Virus record (IMG/VR): IMGVR_UViG_3300021091_000024
Origin: an uncultured virus (IMG/VR IMGVR_UViG_3300021091_000024)
Lineage: Duplodnaviria > Heunggongvirae > Uroviricota > Caudoviricetes
Length of the DNA stretch: 64,000 nt
Reading direction: 5' to 3' (one strand)
Shown here: positions 46,325 to 56,700 of the stretch, piece by piece
How positions within the stretch are numbered: the first letter of the stretch is position 1
Layout of the letters: each line of letters starts with the position of its first letter
The notes under the pieces: model-generated
Database searches by the model: none
What the model saw: only the letters and a program-made list of their open reading frames with translations
Told to the model about the DNA's origin: nothing
Program-made: the position numbers and the translations under genes

Positions 46325-49300
46325 GAACGCTCCCTGGCTATTGATTCGGCACGCTTTATCTTCTGCATAACAACATTGGCTATTTCTTCTGGCGAACTAT
46401 TGCCACCATTGATGTGGAATGTATATGTATTACCACCACTGCTTGAAGTGCCAGCGACAGCGGTGGAAGACATCGTATTAACAGATGGCGTCATTGCATC
46501 GCCTATCGCGCCAGGACCCGGGACGACGTGCAGATGTCTGCTGCCAGCTGTTCCATGGAATTCAGCAAAACCACCCGACTGGCGAGTTAGCACTGCATAC
46601 TGGCCGAGATTCTGACCAACCAGGTCTATTGCTCTTCCCGTTACATGGTCTGAATTTATTGAGCCAAGGTTTCCGGTTCTGTATGAGGAAGTAATTGTTC
46701 TGTTGCCAGTGAGCTGCGCATTTATTGCGCTATGGCGAGCCATTGTCTGTGATAGACGCGAAGAAGTCGTATCACCAACAGAAGAGCCACGAGGAGTTGA
46801 TGTGTCGTCAGATTGTTCTGCAATAAGTTTTATAAACTTATTCGTCATCCACTCTGGTTTGTTCGTACTGCTGAAGTATATAGCTATATTCTTCGAGAAG
46901 TTATCCACAGCGGTTTTAAACGTTTCGCTGGCAGTGTCCATCTTGTCAGCAACCAGATTTGCCCCCTCGTCCATGTCGCTAAGGGAAAGCTTATTGTTTT
47001 GTCCGTACTGAGCAAATATTTTGCTAGCTTGAGCCGACATAAATTCAGATTCAGTTGCAAAACCTGAATCTTTAATTAGCTTCTTTTTCTCTTCTTCTGT
47101 TTTATCAGCAAGAGGATTTTTAAAGTTAATCTTTCCAGCTTCATAGTCGGTAAGGAACTTACGTCTGTTATCGGCACTCATTCCAGATATGAGGCCGCCT
47201 ATCTCTTTATCGTTAGACAGGAACCCAAGACCAGCCATCTGCGCCGATATGTCGGCAGAAGCAGTGCCTATAAATCCCTGCTCTGTTCGTCTGTTTGAGG
47301 CATCAAGAGCATTTGTGACTCTATCTGTGAAGAAGTCCTTTGGGTCTATCCCGTACATAAAGCCACCAGGTTTAAATGCGGCTCCTGGGGCATCCTTTGT
47401 TCCTAGCTGGTCCTGCTGACCATAAAGCGCATCAATGGGGCTGTCGAACATAGAAAGTGATGATTCCTGGAACTTCTTTAGCGCTTCAATAACAGCTATC
47501 GGGTCATTCCCGGAATCGACTGCACTAGCCAATGCAAAACCAGCTTCGTCGTATATTTGTGGGTCAACTATATTTTTTATGGCTTCGTCAAATGCACTTA
47601 AACCATCAGCAAATGAGTCGATGTTCATATTCTTTAGTTCTATCGCTGTTTTTCTAGTGGCAAATCCAAGGTCTGTAACAAGCTTGGTGAAGTCAACCAT
47701 AGGGTCATAAAGGTCTATACCAAGTTTCTTTGCTAGTTGTTCAATTTCAGCGCCAGACTTACCACTAGCCTCTTGTAGACGTTTCATTCTCACAGTCGTC
47801 TGCTCGTCTATGGTCTTCATTGCGTCGATTCTGTCCGGTAGACCTTTTTGCAGCTCTTTAAAACCAGAAGCCTCATCTTTGTCTAGCTTCTTAAGTTCTT
47901 CCTCTGAGAACAGGTCTTTAAATGCTGGGTCTTTGAGGGCGTCCTTGAAAACTGCTTTATCTTTTTCTAGTTGCTTTTTACGCCCACCTCTATTGAATAG
48001 ACCCTTCACTCCGCCAGCTATTCCGCCAACAAGACCGCCGATAGTCCCACCTATTGCTGCGCCTATTCCAGCCCCTATCGCTATGCCAAGTGGCCCGCCC
48101 ACTGAACCTAATACTCCACCGGCAACCGTTCCCAAGCCTCCACCAATTTTTGCTCCCCCCTTAAACCCACTCCCGGCTTGCCCCAAGGTTGAACCGGCGT
48201 ACTTACCCTTGAATCTACCCTTCTGTAGTTTCTCCTGAAATCTTCCCAACTTGTCAGCAGTGTTTCCGGCCACACCACTCAAGCCCGCATCCATATTGGA
48301 TATGTCGCCGCCTGCTGCCACGGTTGCTTCGATTCTTTTAATTCTTTCACCAGCGGCAACAAATTCACTCATCATTATGTTGTCGAGGAATCCATTCATT
48401 GCTGCTTTAGCTTCTTTTGCACGTACGGCCATTCCGTTGGTGAATCCCCTAATTGCACCAGTTATGGTCCCCAGCGCTGCACCAACTGCAGTACCTATGC
48501 CAGGAGCAATCATCGTTCCTATGGCGGCACCAGCGCCAGCACCAGTTAATGCTCCAGCCTTAGCGCTTTGCGCATTAAGAGCTGCGCCTCCAAGACCAAC
48601 AGCAAGACCGGCAAGCGGGTTGAATTGACCGACTATTCCTCCAAGAGCCATTGCACCCTGCATCTCTTCAGGCATAAATTGAGACGCAAGAGACATCCCC
48701 ATACCTACGCCCATCTTTGCGCTCATTGAGTTGTTTATTCCGCCAATGCCAAGTTTTTCGTTGCCAAGGATTGCGGAGCCAAGTGCGCTTTCTCTTCTTG
48801 ACCTGTTTGCCAGCCCGGCCATCCTCATGCGCGTCCCTACGCCTTCTCCTCTGCCGGAAAATCCTTTTGTGGATACCTGACCAGCTTCGTTTATGGTTCC
48901 TATCTGTTGCCCAGTTTTAGTGCTAAGAATTCGACCAGTTGGAACCCTTACGTCATTCCCATCGGCATCTTTTACAGTCGTCATTTCTTGGAATGCATAC
49001 CTACGCCCGGTTGTCTTTGAGCGGAATAGGTCGTTTTCTCTTCCGTCTAGACCAAACGCCGGGTTGTATTGAGCACGATACATACGGGTTAGAAAATTAA
49101 GACGAGATGTTGCCCCAGTTGTTCCTGGTCCTCCAGCTCCCGGGGGCGCGGTGCCAGGTCCGCCTGTTCCACCGGACGGTGAACCTCCGGCACCAGGAGT
49201 CGTTCCAGCTGTGTATCCATTTCCAGGTCCACGTGCACCTGAAGAGAGTCTTTCTCCGCTACCAGCGCCAGGGGTGACCCCCCTGGATGAAAGCCATGCG

Positions 49301-51291
49301 GCTGCTTGGTCTTTTTCCGGTCCAGGCGGGAGCAAGTCATATCTCCTTTGTATTGCTGCTATTCTTGCTGGGCTAGCAGAAGACACGATTTTCGGCTGGG
49401 AGGTCGCAACAAGAGCGGAGCTTGTTGCAGTGCCTGTCATTGAACCAGGGCCAATCGCACCCATAATTCTTGGACCCGGACCTATAGCCCCCATTGGTCT
49501 TGGACCTGGGCCCAACCCCGGATATATGGGCCCGGGTCCTATCGTTCCCCTTGGCTGCTGTCCGGGACCTATTGGGAGTGGACCGCGAGGTGGTGGGGTT
49601 CCTCCTGGTTGAGTAGGTATTGGTCTTCCACCAATATTTACGACCGGGGTATTGATGTTTACAGTGTTCGGAGCCATGGCATTGTCTTTGCCCAGATATC
49701 CGCCTTTATGCCCCTTCATCTGGCGGAACATTATTGCTAGTGCCATCAGTCCAGCGCCACCCTTGCCACCGAACATGTTCGTAAACATTCCAAATATGCT
49801 ATTAAGCATCTTTACAACATCCGTGAGTCCCTTAACTAGGTCGTTTATAAATGGCAATGCGTCAAAGAATGCTTTTCTAAATGTTTTGGATATATCCATC
49901 ACCGCATTAAGCAAATTTCCGATATTAGTACCAAGCTCCCCGAGGTCATCCTTGTATTTAATTACCTGCTCATTGAATTGACCAAGGGCGTCTTTTATGC
50001 CTGCCTTAAGTTCTTTCCATATGTTGCCAAACATTCCCTCAATGGCCCTGGCGCCCTCGATGTATGGCTTTAGGTTCTCTTTAGTTATTCTGAACCATCT
50101 ACTTACTCTTTGCCACCAGTTCCCAATGTCTTTGAAAAATCCTTTTGTTTCGGGAAGCCATTCACGTACAAGTTTTACAAAGAAATTAGACGTCTTCTCT
50201 ATACCGCTGACAAGCGAGTCCATCATTGGTCCGCGACCGAATTCAGCAAGTGAGCCGGATACCCGAAGAAGGTCTTTCCTTATGATGCGATATATTTTCT
50301 CTATCGCTACCTTTGCTGGGCCGAGGAATTCCTGACCGAAATCTCCGAAATCTCCTCTAAGGAGAGTGAAATACTTTTTTATTGATGCAATAAGAGTTTG
50401 ATTCACTGCTTCAAACTGACCGGCCACACCGCCCATTTTGGCTAGTTCGCCAGACATGATTAGGGCTTTAAGTTCTTTCTTAGATGTAACTTTTGCCTTC
50501 TTGAGCGCAGCTTCCATTTCTGGGCCGAGTTCTTTAGCGGCAGCCTTAACATCAGTCATACTCTTCTTTGAGTCATTTAGGGCGGCAATAACGGCACCGA
50601 CCTGCTCAGCAGCCTGTGCTGGGTCCTTACCTGCTGCACCGAAATCCATAAGATTCTTTAGGAGCCCACTTGTCTTTGCTATCTGAGCAGAGTTCATTGA
50701 CTTAGACATCGATGTATACGCTTTATTTATTGCTTCGACACCAAGGCCTGCCAGGTTTGCGTCCCTTTGCAAAGCTCGCATCGATGCTCTCGTTTGGTTG
50801 AGTCCTGCACCAAACGCAGGTGCGCCCTTGCCCTTGAAGGCATACATCGCTGCTTGCGATTCACGTTGAGCAGCAGCAAAAGTTCCCAAAGCAACTGCGG
50901 CCGACGCCGCAGCACCAGCTATGGCAGTCATGCCAAATGCGTACGCTTTATGAAGATACTTTCCAGCAACAAATAGAGCGTGGATTCCGACTAGCGCAGC
51001 AGATAGTAGCGCCATCTGAATCAGGGTTCCCTTAATTGCCAGACCGAGAACCTTAGACAGGCCCATGCCCATCATCTTGATTCCTTTGTCCATTGAGTCG
51101 AAGACTTTTCTTGTCCTCGTAGCAGCAATCAGGAAGGTTGACATCTGTGTGCCAGCCACCTGAGCGCCAGAGGAAAGGCGCGACATCCTCCGCTCTAGGC
51201 CGGTTATGGCTTTATCGAGGGCTTTTACTTCGGCAGCGCCCTGTAACGCTCCCTTTACCTCAATATTAATTGTCGCTTCGGCCCTAGCCAT
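46321..51291 (-). CDS. tape measure protein with C-terminal M15-like Zn peptidase
   Basis: 1656 aa, Ala/Gly-rich, helical; SDHVTGRAIDL...HLHV. Confidence 0.88.
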   Translation of the reverse strand: MARAEATINIEVKGALQGAAEVKALDKAITGLERRMSRLSSGAQVAGTQMSTFLIAATRTRKVFDSMDKGIKMMGMGLSKVLGLAIKGTLIQMALLSAALVGIHALFVAGKYLHKAYAFGMTAIAGAAASAAVALGTFAAAQRESQAAMYAFKGKGAPAFGAGLNQTRASMRALQRDANLAGLGVEAINKAYTSMSKSMNSAQIAKTSGLLKNLMDFGAAGKDPAQAAEQVGAVIAALNDSKKSMTDVKAAAKELGPEMEAALKKAKVTSKKELKALIMSGELAKMGGVAGQFEAVNQTLIASIKKYFTLLRGDFGDFGQEFLGPAKVAIEKIYRIIRKDLLRVSGSLAEFGRGPMMDSLVSGIEKTSNFFVKLVREWLPETKGFFKDIGNWWQRVSRWFRITKENLKPYIEGARAIEGMFGNIWKELKAGIKDALGQFNEQVIKYKDDLGELGTNIGNLLNAVMDISKTFRKAFFDALPFINDLVKGLTDVVKMLNSIFGMFTNMFGGKGGAGLMALAIMFRQMKGHKGGYLGKDNAMAPNTVNINTPVVNIGGRPIPTQPGGTPPPRGPLPIGPGQQPRGTIGPGPIYPGLGPGPRPMGAIGPGPRIMGAIGPGSMTGTATSSALVATSQPKIVSSASPARIAAIQRRYDLLPPGPEKDQAAAWLSSRGVTPGAGSGERLSSGARGPGNGYTAGTTPGAGGSPSGGTGGPGTAPPGAGGPGTTGATSRLNFLTRMYRAQYNPAFGLDGRENDLFRSKTTGRRYAFQEMTTVKDADGNDVRVPTGRILSTKTGQQIGTINEAGQVSTKGFSGRGEGVGTRMRMAGLANRSRRESALGSAILGNEKLGIGGINNSMSAKMGVGMGMSLASQFMPEEMQGAMALGGIVGQFNPLAGLAVGLGGAALNAQSAKAGALTGAGAGAAIGTMIAPGIGTAVGAALGTITGAIRGFTNGMAVRAKEAKAAMNGFLDNIMMSEFVAAGERIKRIEATVAAGGDISNMDAGLSGVAGNTADKLGRFQEKLQKGRFKGKYAGSTLGQAGSGFKGGAKIGGGLGTVAGGVLGSVGGPLGIAIGAGIGAAIGGTIGGLVGGIAGGVKGLFNRGGRKKQLEKDKAVFKDALKDPAFKDLFSEEELKKLDKDEASGFKELQKGLPDRIDAMKTIDEQTTVRMKRLQEASGKSGAEIEQLAKKLGIDLYDPMVDFTKLVTDLGFATRKTAIELKNMNIDSFADGLSAFDEAIKNIVDPQIYDEAGFALASAVDSGNDPIAVIEALKKFQESSLSMFDSPIDALYGQQDQLGTKDAPGAAFKPGGFMYGIDPKDFFTDRVTNALDASNRRTEQGFIGTASADISAQMAGLGFLSNDKEIGGLISGMSADNRRKFLTDYEAGKINFKNPLADKTEEEKKKLIKDSGFATESEFMSAQASKIFAQYGQNNKLSLSDMDEGANLVADKMDTASETFKTAVDNFSKNIAIYFSSTNKPEWMTNKFIKLIAEQSDDTSTPRGSSVGDTTSSRLSQTMARHSAINAQLTGNRTITSSYRTGNLGSINSDHVTGRAIDLVGQNLGQYAVLTRQSGGFAEFHGTAGSRHLHVVPGPGAIGDAMTPSVNTMSSTAVAGTSSSGGNTYTFHINGGNSSPEEIANVVMQKIKRAESIARERS

Positions 51292-51358
51292 AGGCGCTCC
51301 AACACTCTCAGACGATTTCTGTTTTAAAAAAATCGCGTGAGTGTAGGATGGCCAGGCT

Positions 51359-51555
51359 TTAGCCGGCGGCTTTCGCCCTACGCTCCTGCTCTTCGCGGTC
51401 GTTACTTATAACTTTAGCACAGGCAAGACGTATCAACCACTCCTCCTCAGAGGAGGCAAGAATAAGCACGGGGTCCGTGCCAAACAGTTCCCCAAGTCTG
51501 GCCGAAGATATGACCAGTGGGTCTTCAACTAATTCGTCGAAGACCCCTTCGTAGG
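51359..51555 (-). CDS. tail assembly chaperone frameshift extension (gpT-like)
   Basis: start-less -1 frame PYEGVFDELVEDPLVISSARLGELFGTDP...AKAAG* overlapping the chaperone end. Confidence 0.65.
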
Positions 51556-52065
51556 GTCCTCGACATCAACCGAATCGGAGTACCCGGCGGCGTCAAGAAT
51601 CGAAAGAGCCGCAGCTTCGATGTGTGGGTCAACACCGAAGAACTCACGAACACAATCCGGAAGAGGCCTTGTCGTCTGAGTCATTTCGAGAATTGCGGGG
51701 GAGGCGAACGTCAGCTCATTGCCATTGTCGTCAAATACCTCTTCATCATCAAAGAGGAGACCGATTGTTGTATGCCCAATAACTGAACATGCAAAACGTG
51801 TTGCATCCATGCCGTTTCTGGTGTCCTCACCAGCCTGCTTACGCCAGTTTTTCATCTGATTTTGAGTGATGTTGGGGCTTATCTTTATCTTGACGCCAGG
51901 ACGTTCTGGAACTGGGATATAGACAATGGGACGCTCCACTTTTTTCCTGATGACAGCAGAAAGCTTCTGGAGGGGGGTTTCGTTTGCCGGTAATTCGGCA
52001 GCCCTGCCCTTTGCCTTTGCGGGAGTCGGACTATCTGTTGTGTAAAGTTCAGTGTTATCGCTCAT
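51529..52065 (-). CDS. tail assembly chaperone (gpG-like)
   Basis: between tube and tape measure; ends DPTKGSSTN. Confidence 0.75.
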   Translation of the reverse strand: MSDNTELYTTDSPTPAKAKGRAAELPANETPLQKLSAVIRKKVERPIVYIPVPERPGVKIKISPNITQNQMKNWRKQAGEDTRNGMDATRFACSVIGHTTIGLLFDDEEVFDDNGNELTFASPAILEMTQTTRPLPDCVREFFGVDPHIEAAALSILDAAGYSDSVDVEDPTKGSSTN

Positions 52066-52117
52066 AGCGGAGAAACTAGCACACGAATCTGTGCGCTGCG
52101 TGAACTAGATAAAATTA

Positions 52118-52597
52118 TCAGCCAGCAGCACCCGCGCCAGACTCCACGTCTGAAATTGCAAATGTGAGGGAAAATGTGGCTGGGGCACCCGAGGATGAGT
52201 CGCCGTCTGGCTCCGTTATTCCTACCAGCAGGGCCTTTGCGTACACGCGGTCTGTGCCGGGAACCTTGAGGTCGCAGTCGAAGGTCTCAACCGTGATGTC
52301 ATATTCCGCACGGCCGACCAGCGGACGAAGGGAGGCGATTTTCTCACCAATACCGGTGTTCGAGTCGGAGGCGATACGGTCATCGTCGTAGTGAGCAGTA
52401 AGCGTAATGTCGCCAACTTCAGATGGAGCACAGAGAACCGTTGGGCGCAGCTTGCCGCCCTCATAAATCTTCTCCACCGATGCGGTAATTTCGCCACCGG
52501 ACACTTGAGCAAAGTAAAAGCCCGTCCATTTGGGGTGCTTTTCCGGAGCGACCGGAACAATGCTCGCTAGTACTTGACGCTGAGATACTTTTGCCAT
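52118..52597 (-). CDS. tail tube protein
   Basis: 159 aa directly after the sheath; F..VSGGE...GDITLT. Confidence 0.8.
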   Translation of the reverse strand: MAKVSQRQVLASIVPVAPEKHPKWTGFYFAQVSGGEITASVEKIYEGGKLRPTVLCAPSEVGDITLTAHYDDDRIASDSNTGIGEKIASLRPLVGRAEYDITVETFDCDLKVPGTDRVYAKALLVGITEPDGDSSSGAPATFSLTFAISDVESGAGAAG

Positions 52598-52611
52598 ATT
52601 TCTATCCCTCT

Positions 52612-54132
52612 CTAGACGACGCTAGCTGTTAGGTTCGACTTAATGATGTCGACTTCGATTTTGTCGCCAACGCTGCTGGTGCGGACACCAACTTTTGCCT
52701 TCACCGTGCCGCCAGCGAGCTGGCTAACGGGGTTGAGGGCTGCGTCACACCGAACGGTGTAGCCATTGTCGATTTTCTTACCATTTGCATCAAACGCCTG
52801 GAATAGCGCACCCTGCTCGCGCATCGGAGCAAGAATCGCTATGAGTCTAGAAGTAATCGCCGAGAAGATGGTGTCACGACCATCGATTACGCCGAACACT
52901 AGGTCTTCCAGCGAGCGCTGTGACTCCACAACCACGTGGTTAACAATTTCCTGAGTGGTAATGAATCTGAAGTTCTCGTCATCGAACGAAAGCGCACGGG
53001 CTCCATAGATTCTTACCGAGTTCTGAATAATTCTGATTGCATTGATGTTGTTTAAATCCAGATTGTCGCCTGTCACCTTGTTGATATCTGCAGCAACCCC
53101 AGTGATAAATCTTCCCGCAGAAACTAGGCCAGCCGCCGGAACGTGAGCACCAGATTGATTGTGTGCGAGAGAGCGCTTAGCAGCTACATAGCCATCGGGC
53201 GGGATTCTCCGGATAACACCAGCTGTCGCAGTTGGCGCATCGACCCATGGGTAGTACATCGCTGCATGCTCTGAGCCATCTTCGGTCGATAGTGTTAGGG
53301 ACTTAGCAGCCGCCTCGGATACGCTGTCATCTATGCCAGCATGAATTATTGCAATTCTGTTGTATTCATTTGCGTGAGCAATCAGTGCGTTTGAAATTTC
53401 AGGTAAAGCTTTTGTATCGCCGTCGTAGTCTGTATATGGGCTTGCTCCAGTAACTCTTCCGGCAGTTTCGCCGTCGGGGATTGAAACGGCACCAGTACCG
53501 AATGCGTCGTTGAACAAATCAAGACCGCCAATCAGGGCTGCGTCGTCAACGCTCGCTAGGTCGTCGAGTCCAGCAGTTAGCGCCGTAGAAGCCAGTGGTT
53601 CTGGAATCGTTGTAGCTCCAGATACTACTTCCGCCGAAACGTAACGAGAGGCAACTGAGCTGAGGTTAATTCTGCCAGCAGCCTGAGCAACCGTTGCAAC
53701 AGTTCCTGTTGAGTAGACAATAACATCGTCGTACGAAACACTGATTACGAATGTTGAAGATGTTGGGTTTGTTACTGTCACTTTAATATTCGAGCTCCAT
53801 GCACCAGGGCCGTTTGCTGAAATTGTTAGAACTGGGTCGTCATCTGCGTCCTGCAAGACCTTAGTACCCGTTGATGCACCGCTGCCCACTACGCGGGCTA
53901 CGTAGCATTGTGTGCCGCCTTCCTCGAAAAACGTTTCGACAGTTGGATGTAGGTATGAATAGGCGACATATTCACCGTAGATGCTTTCAAAGTCAGCAAT
54001 ACTCTGCACAAGAGTTGCAGAATCAACTGGGCCGCGTGGCGCGAGACCAACAAAGAAGGCCTGCGAAGACTCGCGAACTGTTGCTGATGATGGGCCCGTT
54101 CTAACTGCTGTTGAGATAACTACGCCTGGCAT
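52612..54132 (-). CDS. contractile tail sheath protein
   Basis: MPGVVI, F..G...RGP, FFEEGG..CYVARV, YYPWV, PP.GYVA, INAIR...IYGAR. Confidence 0.92.
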   Translation of the reverse strand: MPGVVISTAVRTGPSSATVRESSQAFFVGLAPRGPVDSATLVQSIADFESIYGEYVAYSYLHPTVETFFEEGGTQCYVARVVGSGASTGTKVLQDADDDPVLTISANGPGAWSSNIKVTVTNPTSSTFVISVSYDDVIVYSTGTVATVAQAAGRINLSSVASRYVSAEVVSGATTIPEPLASTALTAGLDDLASVDDAALIGGLDLFNDAFGTGAVSIPDGETAGRVTGASPYTDYDGDTKALPEISNALIAHANEYNRIAIIHAGIDDSVSEAAAKSLTLSTEDGSEHAAMYYPWVDAPTATAGVIRRIPPDGYVAAKRSLAHNQSGAHVPAAGLVSAGRFITGVAADINKVTGDNLDLNNINAIRIIQNSVRIYGARALSFDDENFRFITTQEIVNHVVVESQRSLEDLVFGVIDGRDTIFSAITSRLIAILAPMREQGALFQAFDANGKKIDNGYTVRCDAALNPVSQLAGGTVKAKVGVRTSSVGDKIEVDIIKSNLTASVV

Positions 54133-54253
54133 AAGACCTTCCTCTGTTTATATCGATGGGCAATGCCGTCTAACAAATTATATTGTACAGACGGTAATCC
54201 TCCAACTATTGCAACTGTTCTCAAAGAATAGTTCGATTTAAATAATAACACTT

Positions 54254-54880
54254 TTAGTCCGCCGTCAGCTCTGGTATCTGGTCGGTCAATTTACCGCCGA
54301 CGACCGTGAACTGAATTTCGTTTGCAATTCCTATTGGCCTGCGAGAAACAACTTCGTCTATGTCCATGTTGTACCCGATATAGGCGCCAGCCATTACTCT
54401 GTCGCCCTTAAGCAATGTCAAATCAGAAAATTCCTCCCTAAGCGTTCCCTCATCAATCATGGCTCGGAAGGAATTTCTAGAGTCATATGCCTTCATGCAC
54501 GGATAGTCGAGGATTGCCGCCCTCACTACGGTAGTAAGCCTGTCCCTCATAATTGTGGCCTCTTCGGGACCCTCTGTTTTGACCCAAACATATGTCCGCA
54601 TGGCGTACCCGACGCGATAAAGGGGGTCAGGACCATCAAACCCAATACGCTCAAAGCCAGATGTAGATATAGCCAAATTCACGACTAGCGGCCATGCATC
54701 TATGGCCAATGGTTCGTGAACTGTGTATTCTTCTGGCGAAGGAAGTGTTTGGTCGTCGACGCCCCACCCGTTTCTATAATCAATAATTCTTACCGGGATG
54801 TCTTCTTTAAGATAATTATTGACATACGCTTTCGCAAACTGCGGGCCATGCATTAGTGGGTAGCCAGGTGCCTCAGCCAT
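54254..54880 (-). CDS. tail terminator-like protein
   Basis: position between neck and sheath. Confidence 0.6.
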   Translation of the reverse strand: MAEAPGYPLMHGPQFAKAYVNNYLKEDIPVRIIDYRNGWGVDDQTLPSPEEYTVHEPLAIDAWPLVVNLAISTSGFERIGFDGPDPLYRVGYAMRTYVWVKTEGPEEATIMRDRLTTVVRAAILDYPCMKAYDSRNSFRAMIDEGTLREEFSDLTLLKGDRVMAGAYIGYNMDIDEVVSRRPIGIANEIQFTVVGGKLTDQIPELTAD

Positions 54881-55353
54881 TATGCGGGCAGCCCTTCATT
54901 TCCTTCAGTAATATAATTCGCCATTTTTTCAGCGAGGTCATTAAGAAAAGTTTCATTAATAAATACTATTTCGCGTTTTGGCATTTTGCTTGTTCCTGTT
55001 TGATGAAACTGAGCATATGGAACGCCGGTGCCAAAGGTGGCGGAAAGCTTGTCTATTTTGTTTACGAGGGGGTCGGATAGTTCTGCAACACTTCTGAACA
55101 GTCTTCCGCTCCGAACAAGAGTTGGTGCTCCAGGGTAGCGAGCTAGTTTCCATGATGCGTACTCTGCGCTCAACGGTGCCCATCCACCAACCTCTAGCCC
55201 CTGTGAAGTGAAATTATCGGCGAAAGTTCTTTTAAGCTGCTGATGCGCCCATCTAAAAGCGGGCCTAACATCAGTTATTCTTGATTTCATTCCATCTATA
55301 AGGTCATCTACTTCGTCAGCTCTGACCTCAACTTGTATTCGTACTCTTCCCAT
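54880..55353 (-). CDS. virion morphogenesis/neck protein (Mu gpG-like)
   Basis: NF..QG....WAPLS...L.RSGRL..S...GT.VPYA.FHQ.GT..MPKR. Confidence 0.8.
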   Translation of the reverse strand: MGRVRIQVEVRADEVDDLIDGMKSRITDVRPAFRWAHQQLKRTFADNFTSQGLEVGGWAPLSAEYASWKLARYPGAPTLVRSGRLFRSVAELSDPLVNKIDKLSATFGTGVPYAQFHQTGTSKMPKREIVFINETFLNDLAEKMANYITEGNEGLPA

Positions 55354-56000
55354 TATGAAACTCTACTGCGTCTGTACTTCCTTATAGAAAGTAACTCTGA
55401 GTCCAAGAATCCGGTCACCAGTGGTCCGACGTTTCTAGTTTCTAAATCTTTCAACCCAACCACATCGTCATGCATGTTTTGCATTTCACGAGATGCAGCC
55501 CGAAGAATTAAAAGCTTAAATATGGGTATATTGCCCCCGTCTAGCCCTGCAGTGTACGAAATTGTTATCTTGTCACCATCTAGGGCGTAGTAATAGTCGA
55601 TGCCAAATCTTCTTTTAACATAATCAACTTCCTCTATAAGTGTTCTTTCTGTGCTGCCTACTGGCTTTACTTTTACCTCATCGACAGAAACAACTGGAGA
55701 GTTTCTAAGGTAGATAGTGTGTGGTGGTTCGGCATATTCCGACATTTCAACAGGGTTTGTATTAACAAATGAATCTGTGTACTGAGACGTTGGAGTAGAT
55801 AGGAACGAACCCATCGGCACGCCGCGAAAACCTGATTCAATTACGTACTCTTCTTCAAATTCTTCAACTTCTACAGGCCTACGAAGGTAGCCCTCCATTT
55901 CTGACTGAAGGCCTGCAAGGACTATGTCTGCAGCATCCTGCTGACGTAAAGATAATTTTATGTCCATGTATGTGATTAGGTCAGATTTATTAACCAACAT
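55353..56000 (-). CDS. head-tail connector protein
   Basis: E.YL.RP, L..SPV.SV, ITISYTAG; ends L..YRR. Confidence 0.75.
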   Translation of the reverse strand: MLVNKSDLITYMDIKLSLRQQDAADIVLAGLQSEMEGYLRRPVEVEEFEEEYVIESGFRGVPMGSFLSTPTSQYTDSFVNTNPVEMSEYAEPPHTIYLRNSPVVSVDEVKVKPVGSTERTLIEEVDYVKRRFGIDYYYALDGDKITISYTAGLDGGNIPIFKLLILRAASREMQNMHDDVVGLKDLETRNVGPLVTGFLDSELLSIRKYRRSRVS

Positions 56001-56033
56001 GCCTAGACTCCAGCGGTAGTCGTCATTTTGCGA

Positions 56034-56618
56034 CTACTTTTTTCTCTTAGGGGCTGCCTTCTTGGGCTTAGCGGCTTTCTTTGCTGTTTTCCTAGCAGCA
56101 GCTTTTTTCTTTAACTTTGCACGTGCCTTGGATGCAGCGTCTGTCTGCTTCTTGCGCTGTTTTCTAATTTCAGCAAGTATGGAGCCCTGCGAACCTCGAC
56201 CAGCCCGCCTCCCGCGTGCTGTTGCTCTGGCGTAGTCGGCCCTGTCGGCTTCATCCATTGCCGGACGCGCTTTGTACCCCCGCCTACGACCGATGTCTTG
56301 CCTGCCTTCTGGACTTTCTGCGAGACCAAGAATTCCGGGCCCTCTCCTCTTCCTGTATAGGCTGCCGCCTACTGCGCGAACTTCTTCCTCTGAGGCATAG
56401 CCTTGACGGCTGAGCGAAGACTTGGCAAGGCGATTTCTGGTTTGCTTGTCGCCAAATACCCGGCTTGTATATTCCTCTATCGCCTTTAGCTTATTATTCA
56501 GCATGGTCCTTCTTGGGCCGGTCTTTAAGCCCCTTAGCTGTCTACGGATTTCTTTCTCAAAATCCATTGCAGCAGCGGCGTCGTCTGTTATATCTGGGCC
56601 ATAACGCAGTCCTGGCAT
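56034..56618 (-). CDS. very basic protein with histone H1-like tail
   Basis: Arg-rich body; KKAAARKTAKKAAKPKKAAPKRKK. Confidence 0.7.
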   Translation of the reverse strand: MPGLRYGPDITDDAAAAMDFEKEIRRQLRGLKTGPRRTMLNNKLKAIEEYTSRVFGDKQTRNRLAKSSLSRQGYASEEEVRAVGGSLYRKRRGPGILGLAESPEGRQDIGRRRGYKARPAMDEADRADYARATARGRRAGRGSQGSILAEIRKQRKKQTDAASKARAKLKKKAAARKTAKKAAKPKKAAPKRKK

Positions 56619-56700
56619 AAATCCCCGCTTCAGTTAAAAAGGACTTTATGAACAGAGTATACCATTTTTGATATTTAGGGTACTAATAAAAACCCGCTGA

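Noticed and set aside
46262..50976. Many plus-strand ORFs opposite the tape measure gene (likewise antisense ORFs over capsid, protease and fibre genes)
   Set aside because: Shadow frames of long Gly/Ala-rich genes with no SD or recognisable motifs.
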